From assembly GCA_963706575.1 (NCBI GenBank), contig CAVPNL010000004.1, positions 577,519 to 641,518 of the forward strand: DNA of 64,000 bases, in the 5' to 3' direction. This DNA comes from an uncultured delta proteobacterium. GTDB lineage: Bacteria > Desulfobacterota > Desulfobacteria > Desulfobacterales > JAHEIW01. How positions within the stretch are numbered: position 1 is the stretch's first letter; every line of letters starts with the position of its first letter. Shown piece by piece: positions 39,088-47,730 of the stretch. The notes beneath the pieces were generated by a model. The model was not told the DNA's origin. It saw nothing but the letters and a program-made list of their open reading frames with translations, and did not search any database. The position numbers were made by a program, and so were the translations under genes.

Positions 39088-40638
39088 ATGATTATCATGC
39101 CCAAGCAAAAAACCCTGCGCCTGATTCTCGGCGACCAGCTGAACGAACTTCATTCCTGGTTTCAAAAACCGGATAAGAATGTCAGCTTTGTTCTGATGGA
39201 GATCCGCCAGGAAACAGACTATGTCGCCCACCATATCCAGAAGGTGGCGGCTTTTTTTGCGGCCATGCGGGCATTTGCCAAACGTCTGCGCGGTTTAGGG
39301 CATCAGGTCATCTACCTGAAACTCGATGACCAGCAGAATCACCAGACCATCGCCGGTAACATCGGTGAGTTGCTGAAGGGAAAGAAGTTCAACCGCTTTG
39401 AATACCTGCAACCCGACGAATTTCGCCTGGATCTCCAGTTGCGGGAGCTGTCTGAATCCCTCCCAGTGCCATGTGAAATGATGGACAGCGAGCATTTTCT
39501 CACCGGTCGCATGGAGCTTGAAGACTTTTTTGCCGGAAAAAAACGATATCTGATGGAGTCCTTCTACCGCTGGATGCGAATGCGCTATGACATCCTCATG
39601 GATGATAAGAGGCCTGTGGGTGACCAATGGAATTTTGATCAGAAAAACCGCCATCCTTACGACGGTAAAGTGCCTGTGCCCGAGCCACTGCTTTTCGAGA
39701 ACAACGTCAGCTCCGTCTGCAAAACCATCCGCAAAGCAAAGGTGGCGACCATCGGAGAGATCAAAGCCGACCGGCTGATCTGGCCCGTCTCCCGGGATCA
39801 GGCCCTCAAACTGCTGAAAAGCTTTGTCACCCACTTTTTGCCCGCCTTTGGCACTTATGAAGATGCCATGGTCGCAAATAACTGGCATCTGTTCCATTCT
39901 CGTCTTTCATTTGCTCTGAATACCAAGATGCTTCATCCACGGGAAGTCATAGAGGCAGCCGTCGCAGCATGGAAAAAAAAGTCTGGTGACATTGAAATCC
40001 ACCAGATTGAAGGTTTTGTCCGTCAAATCCTTGGGTGGCGGGAATACATGCGCGGCATTTACTGGACACTGATGCCCGATCTGGAAACCATGAATTTCTT
40101 CGATCAGAAAGCGACCCTGCCGAAATTTTACTGGACGGGTGAAACACGAATGAATTGCATGCGGTGCGCTATCGGACAGTCGCTGAAGCATGCATATGCT
40201 CATCACATTCAGCGCTTGATGGTTACCGGCAATTTTGCGCTGTTAGCCGGTGTTCACCCGGATGCGGTGGATGAATGGTATCTTGGGATTTACATCGATG
40301 CCATCCAGTGGGTGGAGCTGCCCAATACCCGGGCCATGAGTCAGTTTGCCGATGGCGGTCTGGTAGCCACCAAACCCTACATTTCATCCGCCAAGTATAT
40401 TCAAAAAATGAGTGACTACTGCGAAAGCTGCGATTATGACTGGAAGAAACGAAACGGGGACTTGGCCTGTCCGTTCAACAGTCTATACTGGCATTTTCTC
40501 CACCGGCACCGCCGGCGTCTGGAGATGAACCCGCGGGTGGGAATGATGTATCGGGTCTGGGACCGCATGAAAAATAATGAAAAGAAAGCTGTCTTAGATA
40601 AAGCCGCCGCCTACCTCCAGGAAATAGATCACCTCTGA
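39088..40638 (+). CDS. Cryptochrome/photolyase, FeS-BCP (PhrB/CryB) clade
   Basis: LILGDQL, HHIQK, EGFVRQILGWREY, AHHIQRLM, WVELPN, KPY.SS..YI..MSDYC..C, ACPFN; four FeS cysteines. Confidence 0.93.
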   Translation: MIIMPKQKTLRLILGDQLNELHSWFQKPDKNVSFVLMEIRQETDYVAHHIQKVAAFFAAMRAFAKRLRGLGHQVIYLKLDDQQNHQTIAGNIGELLKGKKFNRFEYLQPDEFRLDLQLRELSESLPVPCEMMDSEHFLTGRMELEDFFAGKKRYLMESFYRWMRMRYDILMDDKRPVGDQWNFDQKNRHPYDGKVPVPEPLLFENNVSSVCKTIRKAKVATIGEIKADRLIWPVSRDQALKLLKSFVTHFLPAFGTYEDAMVANNWHLFHSRLSFALNTKMLHPREVIEAAVAAWKKKSGDIEIHQIEGFVRQILGWREYMRGIYWTLMPDLETMNFFDQKATLPKFYWTGETRMNCMRCAIGQSLKHAYAHHIQRLMVTGNFALLAGVHPDAVDEWYLGIYIDAIQWVELPNTRAMSQFADGGLVATKPYISSAKYIQKMSDYCESCDYDWKKRNGDLACPFNSLYWHFLHRHRRRLEMNPRVGMMYRVWDRMKNNEKKAVLDKAAAYLQEIDHL

Positions 40639-41266
40639 CGGCGTAACCCGCATATTTAGGTGTGACGAACCAGATGTTATAAATCTGGTGACACCTGCAA
40701 CGCCCAGAGTACATAAGTGTTCTTGTATTTTCCCCCTTGAAGCAAAAAAATTCAAACTGCCAGCATTGCTGGCAGGCGGTGCGCATTAATATTTTATAAA
40801 GAAATAAAAAATGTCAAAATGTCTTCAGGTTAGACCAAAATTGGAAAGTAAAGACGAAAGAAAAATTTGCACCTCAATTATACTCAAAAGCACCAAAAAA
40901 ATTTTCACCCATCGGGCGAGCCGGAGCTTATATCAGTATGGAGCAGTTTGAGATTAGCTAACGCTATACACAAATTCTGAAAATTGTGTCTTCCGGATAT
41001 AAGCCCAACCTTTTGAAAAAGCTTACCTTCCGTTCGCCAATCTTCAATTTTTCGTATGCTCTCAATGATTCGATACAGCACGGAGCATACAGAATAAGGC
41101 AATTCTAAATTTGTTCTATTAGCTGATAAAATTCACAATGATATTTTCCGGTTTATAATATTCCGCACCTCCTCATGGCCCAGGTTGTCATTGGTCAATA
41201 TCGTGATTAAGATTACATTCATGATAATTAAAAATAATAGATATTTATTCTCAGGGAGGCAATGGA

Positions 41267-41827
41267 ATGGTCCAAATTACCCGGTTGGAACCAGAAAAGA
41301 AAAAGGGACTGGTTGTTGTGATTACCGGTCACGGGAAGGGAAAAACTACAACTGCGCTCGGGATTGCGGTCAGGGCCTGTGGGCACAACATCCCGACTTG
41401 CATCATTCAGTTCATGAAGGGTGACATATATGCGGGGGAATGGGATGGAATTAGGAAGATGAGTTGCCCGGTAGAGATAACCTCTACGGGGAAGGGTTTT
41501 TGTGGTATTCAAGGAAATCCTTATCCATACAAAGAACACAGGAAGAACGCCCAGGACGCTATCGAGCTGGCTCACGAAAGGATGCAATCAGGACAATTCG
41601 GTATCCTTATTCTAGATGAGATCAATAACGCTTTGCACCTCAAGCTCGTGGATCTCCAGCAGGTTCTTGAGATTATCCGCAAAAAGCCTCCTGAGATGCA
41701 TCTGGTGCTTACGGGAAGGGACGCGCATCATGAGGTAATTAAATTGTCAGATACGGCAAGTGAGATTCTTGAAGTGAAGCATGCTTACCAGCAGGATATC
41801 GAACCTCAACCTGGTATCGACTGCTGA
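41267..41827 (+). CDS. cobO: Cob(I)alamin adenosyltransferase (CobO/BtuR)
   Basis: TG.GKGKTT.A.G, IQFMKG, ILDEI, LVLTGR, KH.Y..GI. Confidence 0.92.
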   Translation: MVQITRLEPEKKKGLVVVITGHGKGKTTTALGIAVRACGHNIPTCIIQFMKGDIYAGEWDGIRKMSCPVEITSTGKGFCGIQGNPYPYKEHRKNAQDAIELAHERMQSGQFGILILDEINNALHLKLVDLQQVLEIIRKKPPEMHLVLTGRDAHHEVIKLSDTASEILEVKHAYQQDIEPQPGIDC

Positions 41828-42035
41828 TCAGAGTTGAATTATTCTCATTCCGCTAAGGCAGACAAATCTCATTTCCTCACTTTGATCAGATGAAAATGCT
41901 GATGCAAAGAGTCGTATTCCGCATCAAAATATTCGGACAATTCCATTGTTTAGATTTCGTGACGAAATATTAAAAATGGTTGATCGATAAATTCAGGCTA
42001 TAAGGGAAAACTGTGACAGGCGAATTAAAATAAGC

Positions 42036-42072
42036 AAAAACGGCAACCCGCGAATTCGGGCTGCCGTTTTTT
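42036..42072. terminator. Bidirectional intrinsic terminator
   Basis: AAAAACGGCAACCCG-loop-CGGGCTGCCGTTTTTT between convergent genes. Confidence 0.75.
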
Positions 42073-42093
42073 CAGTAAGAAAGGCTGATGATC

Positions 42094-42639
42094 TTAGCGA
42101 CGCCGGGCCCTCCCTCCATCGCGGGATACATGCCTTCTGTGCTGTCTCCGATCTTCTTTAAATTCGCGAACATCTTCTTTGTGATCCCGTCTATTTTCTC
42201 GCCGGTCCCATTTATCTTCGCGGCGGTCCCGTCGATCCTCCCTGCGGTCACGCACATCTTCCCAGCGATCCCGGCGATCTTCGCGGCGGTCTCGAACGTC
42301 CTCTCGGCGATCCCAACGATCTTCCCGTCGATCGAATTTATCTTCACGGCGGTCCCGTCGATCTTCAGCGCGATCAAACTGTCTGCGCGCATGCCGTCTC
42401 TCATTGCGATCAAGTTTGCCATCATCATTGCGATCAAAGCGATTTAAATACTGTTCCCTGTAAGCCGCTTTTTCATCCGCATCGATGGTGCCATCGCCAT
42501 TGGCGTTAATCCGTTGCCGCAAAGACACTCCCGGCTGCAAACCTGCGCTATCATCTTCAGCCAGAATGGGATTGGGATTTGATGCAAAGGCCAGACACAG
42601 TGTCACCCCGGTTAATGCCGTCAACAGTTTTTTTCTCAT
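42094..42639 (-). CDS. Exported protein with two EF-hand-like loops and a DRRED(x)x heptad repeat tail
   Basis: GGAGG RBS, signal peptide, NANGDGTIDADE and DRNDDGKLDRNE, about 10 seven-residue repeats. Confidence 0.75.
   Translation of the reverse strand: MRKKLLTALTGVTLCLAFASNPNPILAEDDSAGLQPGVSLRQRINANGDGTIDADEKAAYREQYLNRFDRNDDGKLDRNERRHARRQFDRAEDRRDRREDKFDRREDRWDRREDVRDRREDRRDRWEDVRDRREDRRDRREDKWDRRENRRDHKEDVREFKEDRRQHRRHVSRDGGRARRR
42160..42380. repeat. Degenerate 21-bp coding tandem repeat
   Basis: Period-21 units such as TCTTCGCGGCGGTCCCGTCGA; encode DRREDRR/DRREDVR/DRREDKW on the minus strand. Confidence 0.8.
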
Positions 42640-42820
42640 TTTCCGAACCTCCGTTTTTATGTCTATTTGATAATTTTTCATTTGGCGGGTCTCGACTTTA
42701 CTTTGATTAAACACCCCGGCCGCCAAAAAGTTTCGCTATATTTTGACAAAAATCATGAAATAGTGAAATATAGGTGCGGTTTTATTTAGAATCGGTCGAT
42801 TGAAAATGGAGGGAGAAGCG

Positions 42821-43312
42821 ATGGCGGATATGTTGATAAAATTATATGAACTTGAAGATGATTGGCAGTTTCTGGCAAAACAGCAGGCGCTTGGAATTGG
42901 CATTCGCAAACCGATCGGACCTGAGAAACACGGCATTATTGCCTGGGTGGCCGATCATTTCAGTGCCGGCTGGGCCAGTGAAACCGATGTGGCCCTCTCC
43001 AATAATCCCTGCACCTGTTTTGTGGCCGTAAAAGGAGCGAACATTATCGGATTCGCCTGCTACGATGCCACCGCATTGGGATTTTTCGGCCCCATCGGCG
43101 TTGAAAAATCAGATCGTAAAAAAGGTACGGGCACGGCATTAATGAACGCATGTTTGATGGATATGAAATTGAAAGGCTATGGCTACGCGATCGTCGGCGC
43201 CGTTAAGGATGCGAATTATTACAAAAATGCCGTTGGCGCTCTGAAAATTCCCGATTCCTCACCCGGGTTTTACCATTCACAAATCAAGAATTCTCATCCT
43301 AAAATCAAATAA
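42821..43312 (+). CDS. GNAT family N-acetyltransferase
   Basis: MADMLIKLY, GFACYDAT..GFFGP.GV....R.KG.G, GYGYAIVG. Confidence 0.88.
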   Translation: MADMLIKLYELEDDWQFLAKQQALGIGIRKPIGPEKHGIIAWVADHFSAGWASETDVALSNNPCTCFVAVKGANIIGFACYDATALGFFGPIGVEKSDRKKGTGTALMNACLMDMKLKGYGYAIVGAVKDANYYKNAVGALKIPDSSPGFYHSQIKNSHPKIK

Positions 43313-43398
43313 AACGACAAAAAGATTCTACTTAAACTAAAAACCACGAACCTTGCCTGACCTATCTGTGTAATCTGTGGATTAAAATAATTCCGCAG

Positions 43399-43992
43399 TC
43401 AAGCAGGTTTGTCCGGCTTCAGCTGCTTTTCAATCGTGGCCAGGCGTTTTTTTAGATTTATGAGCTCTTCTGTGGAACTCTGATCGTGCTGTTTACGGTC
43501 GATTGCCTCACAAAACGCCCGAATATTGGCGTTGATGGTGCTGATCATCAATTGATCTTCGGAACTGTAAATCCGGGCTAACATTTCAACAGCGGCACCG
43601 AAGCCGGGAATGTCCTCTTCGCTTTGCAATTCATCTCCCGGCCGGGGCTGCCAGCTCACCTGAAGTTTATAGGGTGACGCCTGGCTGGATAGCTCACTCT
43701 TCGGTTTCGACCCCGCTGAAGTATATTCCACGCGTACCTTTGGGCCGTGTCCAAAGCGCAGCCAATCCATGGAGCACCCGCTTAACTCCGCCACTTTATA
43801 AATCCATCCCGGAGGAACATCGTCCCGTTTTCTGGCCGCACCGATATTTTGCCGTGTAATGCCTAAATATTTTGCCAGTTGTCCGTCGGATTTGACGTCC
43901 AGCACTTCTTTCAAACGCCCGATGATTTCCTCTGTTTCGCTCAGCGAGAGTTTCATCTCATTGTTATTATTTGTTTTTTCTTTTTCCGTCAT
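43399..43992 (-). CDS. Phage CI-repressor-like HTH protein lacking an S24 peptidase domain
   Basis: RLKEVLDVKSDGQLAKYLGITRQNIGAARKR..VP..W, SMDWLRFG.GP. Confidence 0.8.
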   Translation of the reverse strand: MTEKEKTNNNNEMKLSLSETEEIIGRLKEVLDVKSDGQLAKYLGITRQNIGAARKRDDVPPGWIYKVAELSGCSMDWLRFGHGPKVRVEYTSAGSKPKSELSSQASPYKLQVSWQPRPGDELQSEEDIPGFGAAVEMLARIYSSEDQLMISTINANIRAFCEAIDRKQHDQSSTEELINLKKRLATIEKQLKPDKPA

Positions 43993-44042
43993 ATTTCGCT
44001 CCCGGCCGTTCAGTAGATAGAGGAAGTTTTTAGTAAATTATT

Positions 44043-44246
44043 TTTGCTTTTAAAGCAAATTTTAGTTGACAAACACAATCTACTATTTTATACCACTTTA
44101 AAGACAGGGTGACCTTACATCTTCAACAGCATAACGTAAACTGATAATAGATGTGCCATCGGTATCAACAAAAAAAGGCTTCTCATTCGTTTAGATGCAA
44201 ATTTTAGGTAACAGTTAATCCGAAAAAAAGCAAGTTATTATTGACA
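44043..44246. promoter_or_regulatory. Candidate operators/promoters between the CI-like gene and comEA
   Basis: GCAA-N7-TTGACA at 44055 and 44230, GCAA-ATTTTAG-GTAACA at 44197; palindrome TTTGCTTT-T-AAAGCAAA 44043-44059. Confidence 0.45.
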
Positions 44247-44337
44247 GTATTTAAAAATATGACGTCGCGTTTTCAAAGATTCCCTGTCGCGGGGGCATGG
44301 GAATTATTCATAAACCCTCAATTGAAAGGAGAACAAA

Positions 44338-44652
44338 ATGCAAAATCGTAGACAAATTGTAACCGTATGGATTGTTGTTTTAATGAGCCTGATCGTTGCG
44401 ACCGGTGTTTATGCCGGCGATGTCGAAAAAATTAACATCAACACGGCCACAGTTGAACAGCTGACGCAATTAAAGGGCATCGGTACAAGTCACGCTGCCG
44501 GTATCATCGCATATCGCGAAAAAAATGGGCCATTCCAAAAACCGGAAGATTTAATGCAGGTGCCTCGAATCGGCCGGAAAACATTTGAAAAAAACGAAGC
44601 TTTGATTGTGGTGGGCAAAACCGGGAAAAAGCTGTCTAAAAAATCCAAATAA
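44338..44652 (+). CDS. ComEA-like helix-hairpin-helix DNA-binding protein
   Basis: Signal peptide, KININTAT.EQL..L.GIG...A..II.YRE.NGPF...EDL..V..IG. Confidence 0.9.
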   Translation: MQNRRQIVTVWIVVLMSLIVATGVYAGDVEKININTATVEQLTQLKGIGTSHAAGIIAYREKNGPFQKPEDLMQVPRIGRKTFEKNEALIVVGKTGKKLSKKSK

Positions 44653-44666
44653 GCTTTAGTAACCGG

Positions 44667-44695
44667 CTCAGCCGCCTGGCTGCCAGGCGGCTGAG
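44667..44695. terminator. Perfect 14-bp inverted repeat after comEA
   Basis: CTCAGCCGCCTGGC-T-GCCAGGCGGCTGAG. Confidence 0.55.
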
Positions 44696-44745
44696 TTAGA
44701 ACCGAAGGGCATCGGCCGTAAATGATATAATAAGGAGGATGTAAA

Positions 44746-45162
44746 ATGACCGATAAAATAAACAGCTACAAAGATTTGCGTGTTTTTCAGAATGCGATGA
44801 AGGCTGCCATGAAAATTTTTGAATTAACTGAGAATTTCCCGCCCGAGGAAAAGTATTCGATGACCGATCAGTTGCGGCGTTCTTCTCGTTGTGTTTGCGC
44901 TAACATAACAAGAGCCTGGCGCAAAAGGCGATTCAAAACCCCTTTTATTGCCAAGTTGAACGATTCTGAAGGCGAAGCCTGTGAAACACAAGTATGGGTT
45001 GAATTTGCCAGACAATGCAAGTACCTGGATGATAGCGTATGCGATGATTTGGATGCAGTCTATAATCACATCATGGGGCAGCTCGTGAAAATGATTAATC
45101 AACCGGAAAAGTGGTTGATCAAAAACCAGCAGAAGCCGGCAACCGGCTCGCCTTCATCTTGA
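44746..45162 (+). CDS. Four-helix bundle protein (23S rRNA intervening-sequence protein family)
   Basis: SYKDLRVFQ, FP.EEKYSMTDQ.RRSSR, F.AKL.DSEGEA.ETQ.W. Confidence 0.9.
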   Translation: MTDKINSYKDLRVFQNAMKAAMKIFELTENFPPEEKYSMTDQLRRSSRCVCANITRAWRKRRFKTPFIAKLNDSEGEACETQVWVEFARQCKYLDDSVCDDLDAVYNHIMGQLVKMINQPEKWLIKNQQKPATGSPSS

Positions 45163-45200
45163 CGTAATGACGTTATAACGTTATACTGTTATAGCGTTAA
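45159..45200 (+). promoter_or_regulatory. TA operon promoter with five tandem 8-bp repeats
   Basis: TTGACG-17-TATACT; GACGTAAT GACGTTAT AACGTTAT ACTGTTAT AGCGTTAA. Confidence 0.7.
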
Positions 45201-45223
45201 ATATATTTTGGGGAAGGAAAATT

Positions 45224-45457
45224 ATGGCAACGGGAACAAAACGAGCAACGATATATATGGATTCTGAGCTCCATCGGGCCTTGCGAATGAAGGCAGCTGA
45301 GACTTCCAGCTCGATTTCTGAAATTGTAAATCATGCGGTTAAGCTGGCACTGGCAGAGGACGCCGAAGATCTGGCTGCTTTTGAAGAACGAGCAAAGGAG
45401 CCGCTGGTTTCATTTGAAGATGCCTTAAAAGAGCTCAAACGCAATGGCCGAATATAA
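45224..45457 (+). CDS. CopG/ribbon-helix-helix antitoxin
   Basis: KRATIY....HRALR.KAAET..S.S..VN.A....LAEDAEDL. Confidence 0.85.
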   Translation: MATGTKRATIYMDSELHRALRMKAAETSSSISEIVNHAVKLALAEDAEDLAAFEERAKEPLVSFEDALKELKRNGRI

Positions 45458-45701
45458 GATCTATTTTAAACGATCCGCCGTAAAGGACCTTGACAAGATT
45501 TCCAAAAAGGACCTCCAGCGCATCATTGATCGCATCCATCTTTTAAAAGAATATCCGCGAACACCTGGTTGTGAAAAGCTTTCAGGTCAGGAGCGTTATC
45601 GGGTCCGGCAGGGAAATTATCGCATCGTTTATTCCATTCAGGACGATGTGCTCACCATCTGGGTTGTCAAAATCGGCCGCCGCCGCGATGTCTATCGATA
45701 A
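45444..45701 (+). CDS. RelE/ParE family toxin
   Basis: A.KDL.KI, G.EKLSG...YRVRQGNYRIVY, VVKIG.RRDVY; overlaps antitoxin. Confidence 0.9.
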   Translation: MAEYKIYFKRSAVKDLDKISKKDLQRIIDRIHLLKEYPRTPGCEKLSGQERYRVRQGNYRIVYSIQDDVLTIWVVKIGRRRDVYR

Positions 45702-45706
45702 ACTAA

Positions 45707-45864
45707 TTGGAGGTCACAATTTGTGACCTCCAAATTAAAAAATTTTCAGTCAAATCTAAACCCAGAAGTGACGAAATTTTAATCGCCTCCCTTTCGATTT
45801 TATGTTAGAGCTTTCAAAAAGGGAAAATCGGACTTTAAGATCACAAAATGTGATCTTAAAATGA
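45707..45864 (+). pseudogene. ORF6N-domain remnants forming two perfect palindromes
   Basis: 45772-45864 reads RNFNRLPFDFMLELSKRENRTLRSQNVILK*; 45708-45734 reads WRSQFVTSK; IRs at 45707-45733 and 45834-45860. Confidence 0.7.
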
Positions 45865-45905
45865 AAACAATTTCCAAAATATTTTCTCTTTATTCACAGT
45901 GAAAC

Positions 45906-47699
45906 ATGCAGCCCCAGCAAATCCTGAAAAAATACTTCGGATATGATACATTCCGTGAACACCAGCTCCAAGTTATCCAAAAAATAATCGATGGAAAAGA
46001 TGCCTTTGTTCTTATGCCCACGGGCATCGGTAAATCCATTTGCTACCAGATCCCCTCGATCATTCGTGCCGGGGTCGGGCTTGTCATATCTCCCTTGATC
46101 GCATTAATGCAGGACCAGGTTGGCGCTTTGCGCCAAAGCGGGGTCTCTGCCGAGTTCCTCAATTCCAGTCTGACCCGGCAGGAAGCCCAACTTGTTGAAA
46201 ATCGGGTGGTGTCCGGCAAGGCCGATATTCTTTATGTCGCACCTGAACGGCTGCAGAGCATGGGTTTTCAGCGGTTTATCCAAAAATTCCCTATTGCTGT
46301 GTTTGCCATCGATGAAGCGCACTGTGTGTCCCAATGGGGCCATGATTTCAGACCGGAATACCTCAGGATATCTGAGGTGACCGACAAGTTTCCGAATGTG
46401 CCGCGAATCGCTTTAACGGCGACAGCTGACGCGGTCACACGCCAGGATATACTGGAAAAGCTTAATTTGGGGCGGGCAGCGCAGTTCGTCTCCAGCTTTG
46501 ATCGTGCGAATATCTATTACCGTGTCCTGCTCAAAAATAAAGACAAACAGCAGCTGTACGATTTTATCCAGAGCGAACATTCCGGTGAACCGGGTATTGT
46601 CTATGTCAGAACGCGGCGTCGCGCCGATCAAATCGCAAGCTGGCTGCAAGAAAAAGGGCTGCCGGCTTTTTCTTATCACGCCGGGTTAGACCCGCACACC
46701 CGGACAGAACGTCAAAAGCAATTTCTTCAAGATGATGGTCTCATCATTGTAGCGACCATTGCATTTGGCATGGGCATCGACAAGCCCGACGTTCGCTTTG
46801 TCGCCCATTTGGATTTACCGGCCAGCATGGAGGCCTATTACCAGGAGACCGGACGGGCCGGGCGGGATGGGCAACCGGCGGATGCGTGGATGGTTTACTC
46901 TCTTGCCGATGTGGTGGCCATGCGAAAACTCCTGGATCAATCGGAGGGAGACGAGGCCTTCAAACGTATTCAACAGCGCAAGCTGGAAGCCTTGCTGGGG
47001 TATGGTGAGGCCGTGGAATGCCGTCGCGAAGCCCTGCTGGGTTATTTCGGCGAGACATATCCGGCGCCGTGCCTGACTTGTGACAACTGTTCCCAAACTG
47101 TGGAAGCCTGGGATGGAACCGTTGCCGCCCAGAAGGCGCTTTCCTGTGTGTATCGTACCGGCCAGCGATTTGGCGCCGCGCACCTGACCGATATCCTGGT
47201 CGGAAACTCAAACGAGCGAATCTTACGCTTGCGGCATGACAAGCTAAAAACCTTCGGCGCCGGCAAGGAATTATCCCCAAAGGAGTGGCGGTCGGTGTAT
47301 CGCCAGTTGCTGGCCGCCGGTATGCTCAGCGTCAATATCGGAAAAATTTCGGGTTATCGTCTCACCGAAAAAAGCTGGTCTGTCCTGAGGAGTGAAAGAG
47401 AAGTAAGATTTCGCAAAGACCCCCAGTTGATCAGGGATAAAAAGGCCACCAAAACATCCACAAAACACAAGCCTGACTTTATGAACGACGACGCCCGGCA
47501 ACTTTTCGAAAAGCTTCGCCGCCTGAGGCTCGATCTTTCAAAAAAGCTCGGGGTACCGCCGTTTGTCATATTTCATGACAAAACCTTAACAGAAATGGCG
47601 GCCCTCAAACCGAGCAGCCGCGGAGAATTTCTGCAGATCAACGGGGTCGGCGAACAAAAAGCCGAAAAGTTCGGAGATGTTTTTCTTAAACGCAATTAA
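45906..47699 (+). CDS. recQ: ATP-dependent DNA helicase RecQ
   Basis: MPTG.GKS, DEAHCVSQWGHDFRPEY, YYQETGRAGRDG, Zn-binding Cys, RQC and HRDC. Confidence 0.97.
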   Translation: MQPQQILKKYFGYDTFREHQLQVIQKIIDGKDAFVLMPTGIGKSICYQIPSIIRAGVGLVISPLIALMQDQVGALRQSGVSAEFLNSSLTRQEAQLVENRVVSGKADILYVAPERLQSMGFQRFIQKFPIAVFAIDEAHCVSQWGHDFRPEYLRISEVTDKFPNVPRIALTATADAVTRQDILEKLNLGRAAQFVSSFDRANIYYRVLLKNKDKQQLYDFIQSEHSGEPGIVYVRTRRRADQIASWLQEKGLPAFSYHAGLDPHTRTERQKQFLQDDGLIIVATIAFGMGIDKPDVRFVAHLDLPASMEAYYQETGRAGRDGQPADAWMVYSLADVVAMRKLLDQSEGDEAFKRIQQRKLEALLGYGEAVECRREALLGYFGETYPAPCLTCDNCSQTVEAWDGTVAAQKALSCVYRTGQRFGAAHLTDILVGNSNERILRLRHDKLKTFGAGKELSPKEWRSVYRQLLAAGMLSVNIGKISGYRLTEKSWSVLRSEREVRFRKDPQLIRDKKATKTSTKHKPDFMNDDARQLFEKLRRLRLDLSKKLGVPPFVIFHDKTLTEMAALKPSSRGEFLQINGVGEQKAEKFGDVFLKRN

Positions 47700-47730
47700 T
47701 GAAGGTTCAAATTAAAAATTGGCCATAACA

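Noticed and set aside
38806..39091. ORFs upstream of the photolyase
   Set aside because: No RBS or recognisable motif; may be a degraded gene but cannot be supported
40640..41266. Cobalamin riboswitch upstream of cobO
   Set aside because: No B12-box or conserved core recognisable
42072..42447. Overlapping ORFs 42072-42437 (-) and 42088-42447 (+) with periodic sequence
   Set aside because: By-products of the stop-free 21-bp repeat; only the 42639 frame has an RBS and signal peptide
44746..45162. Diversity-generating retroelement Avd or rRNA intervening sequence
   Set aside because: No reverse transcriptase, TR/VR pair or rRNA in the window
43399..45864. Prophage
   Set aside because: CI-like, TA and ORF6N traces only; no integrase, structural or replication genes
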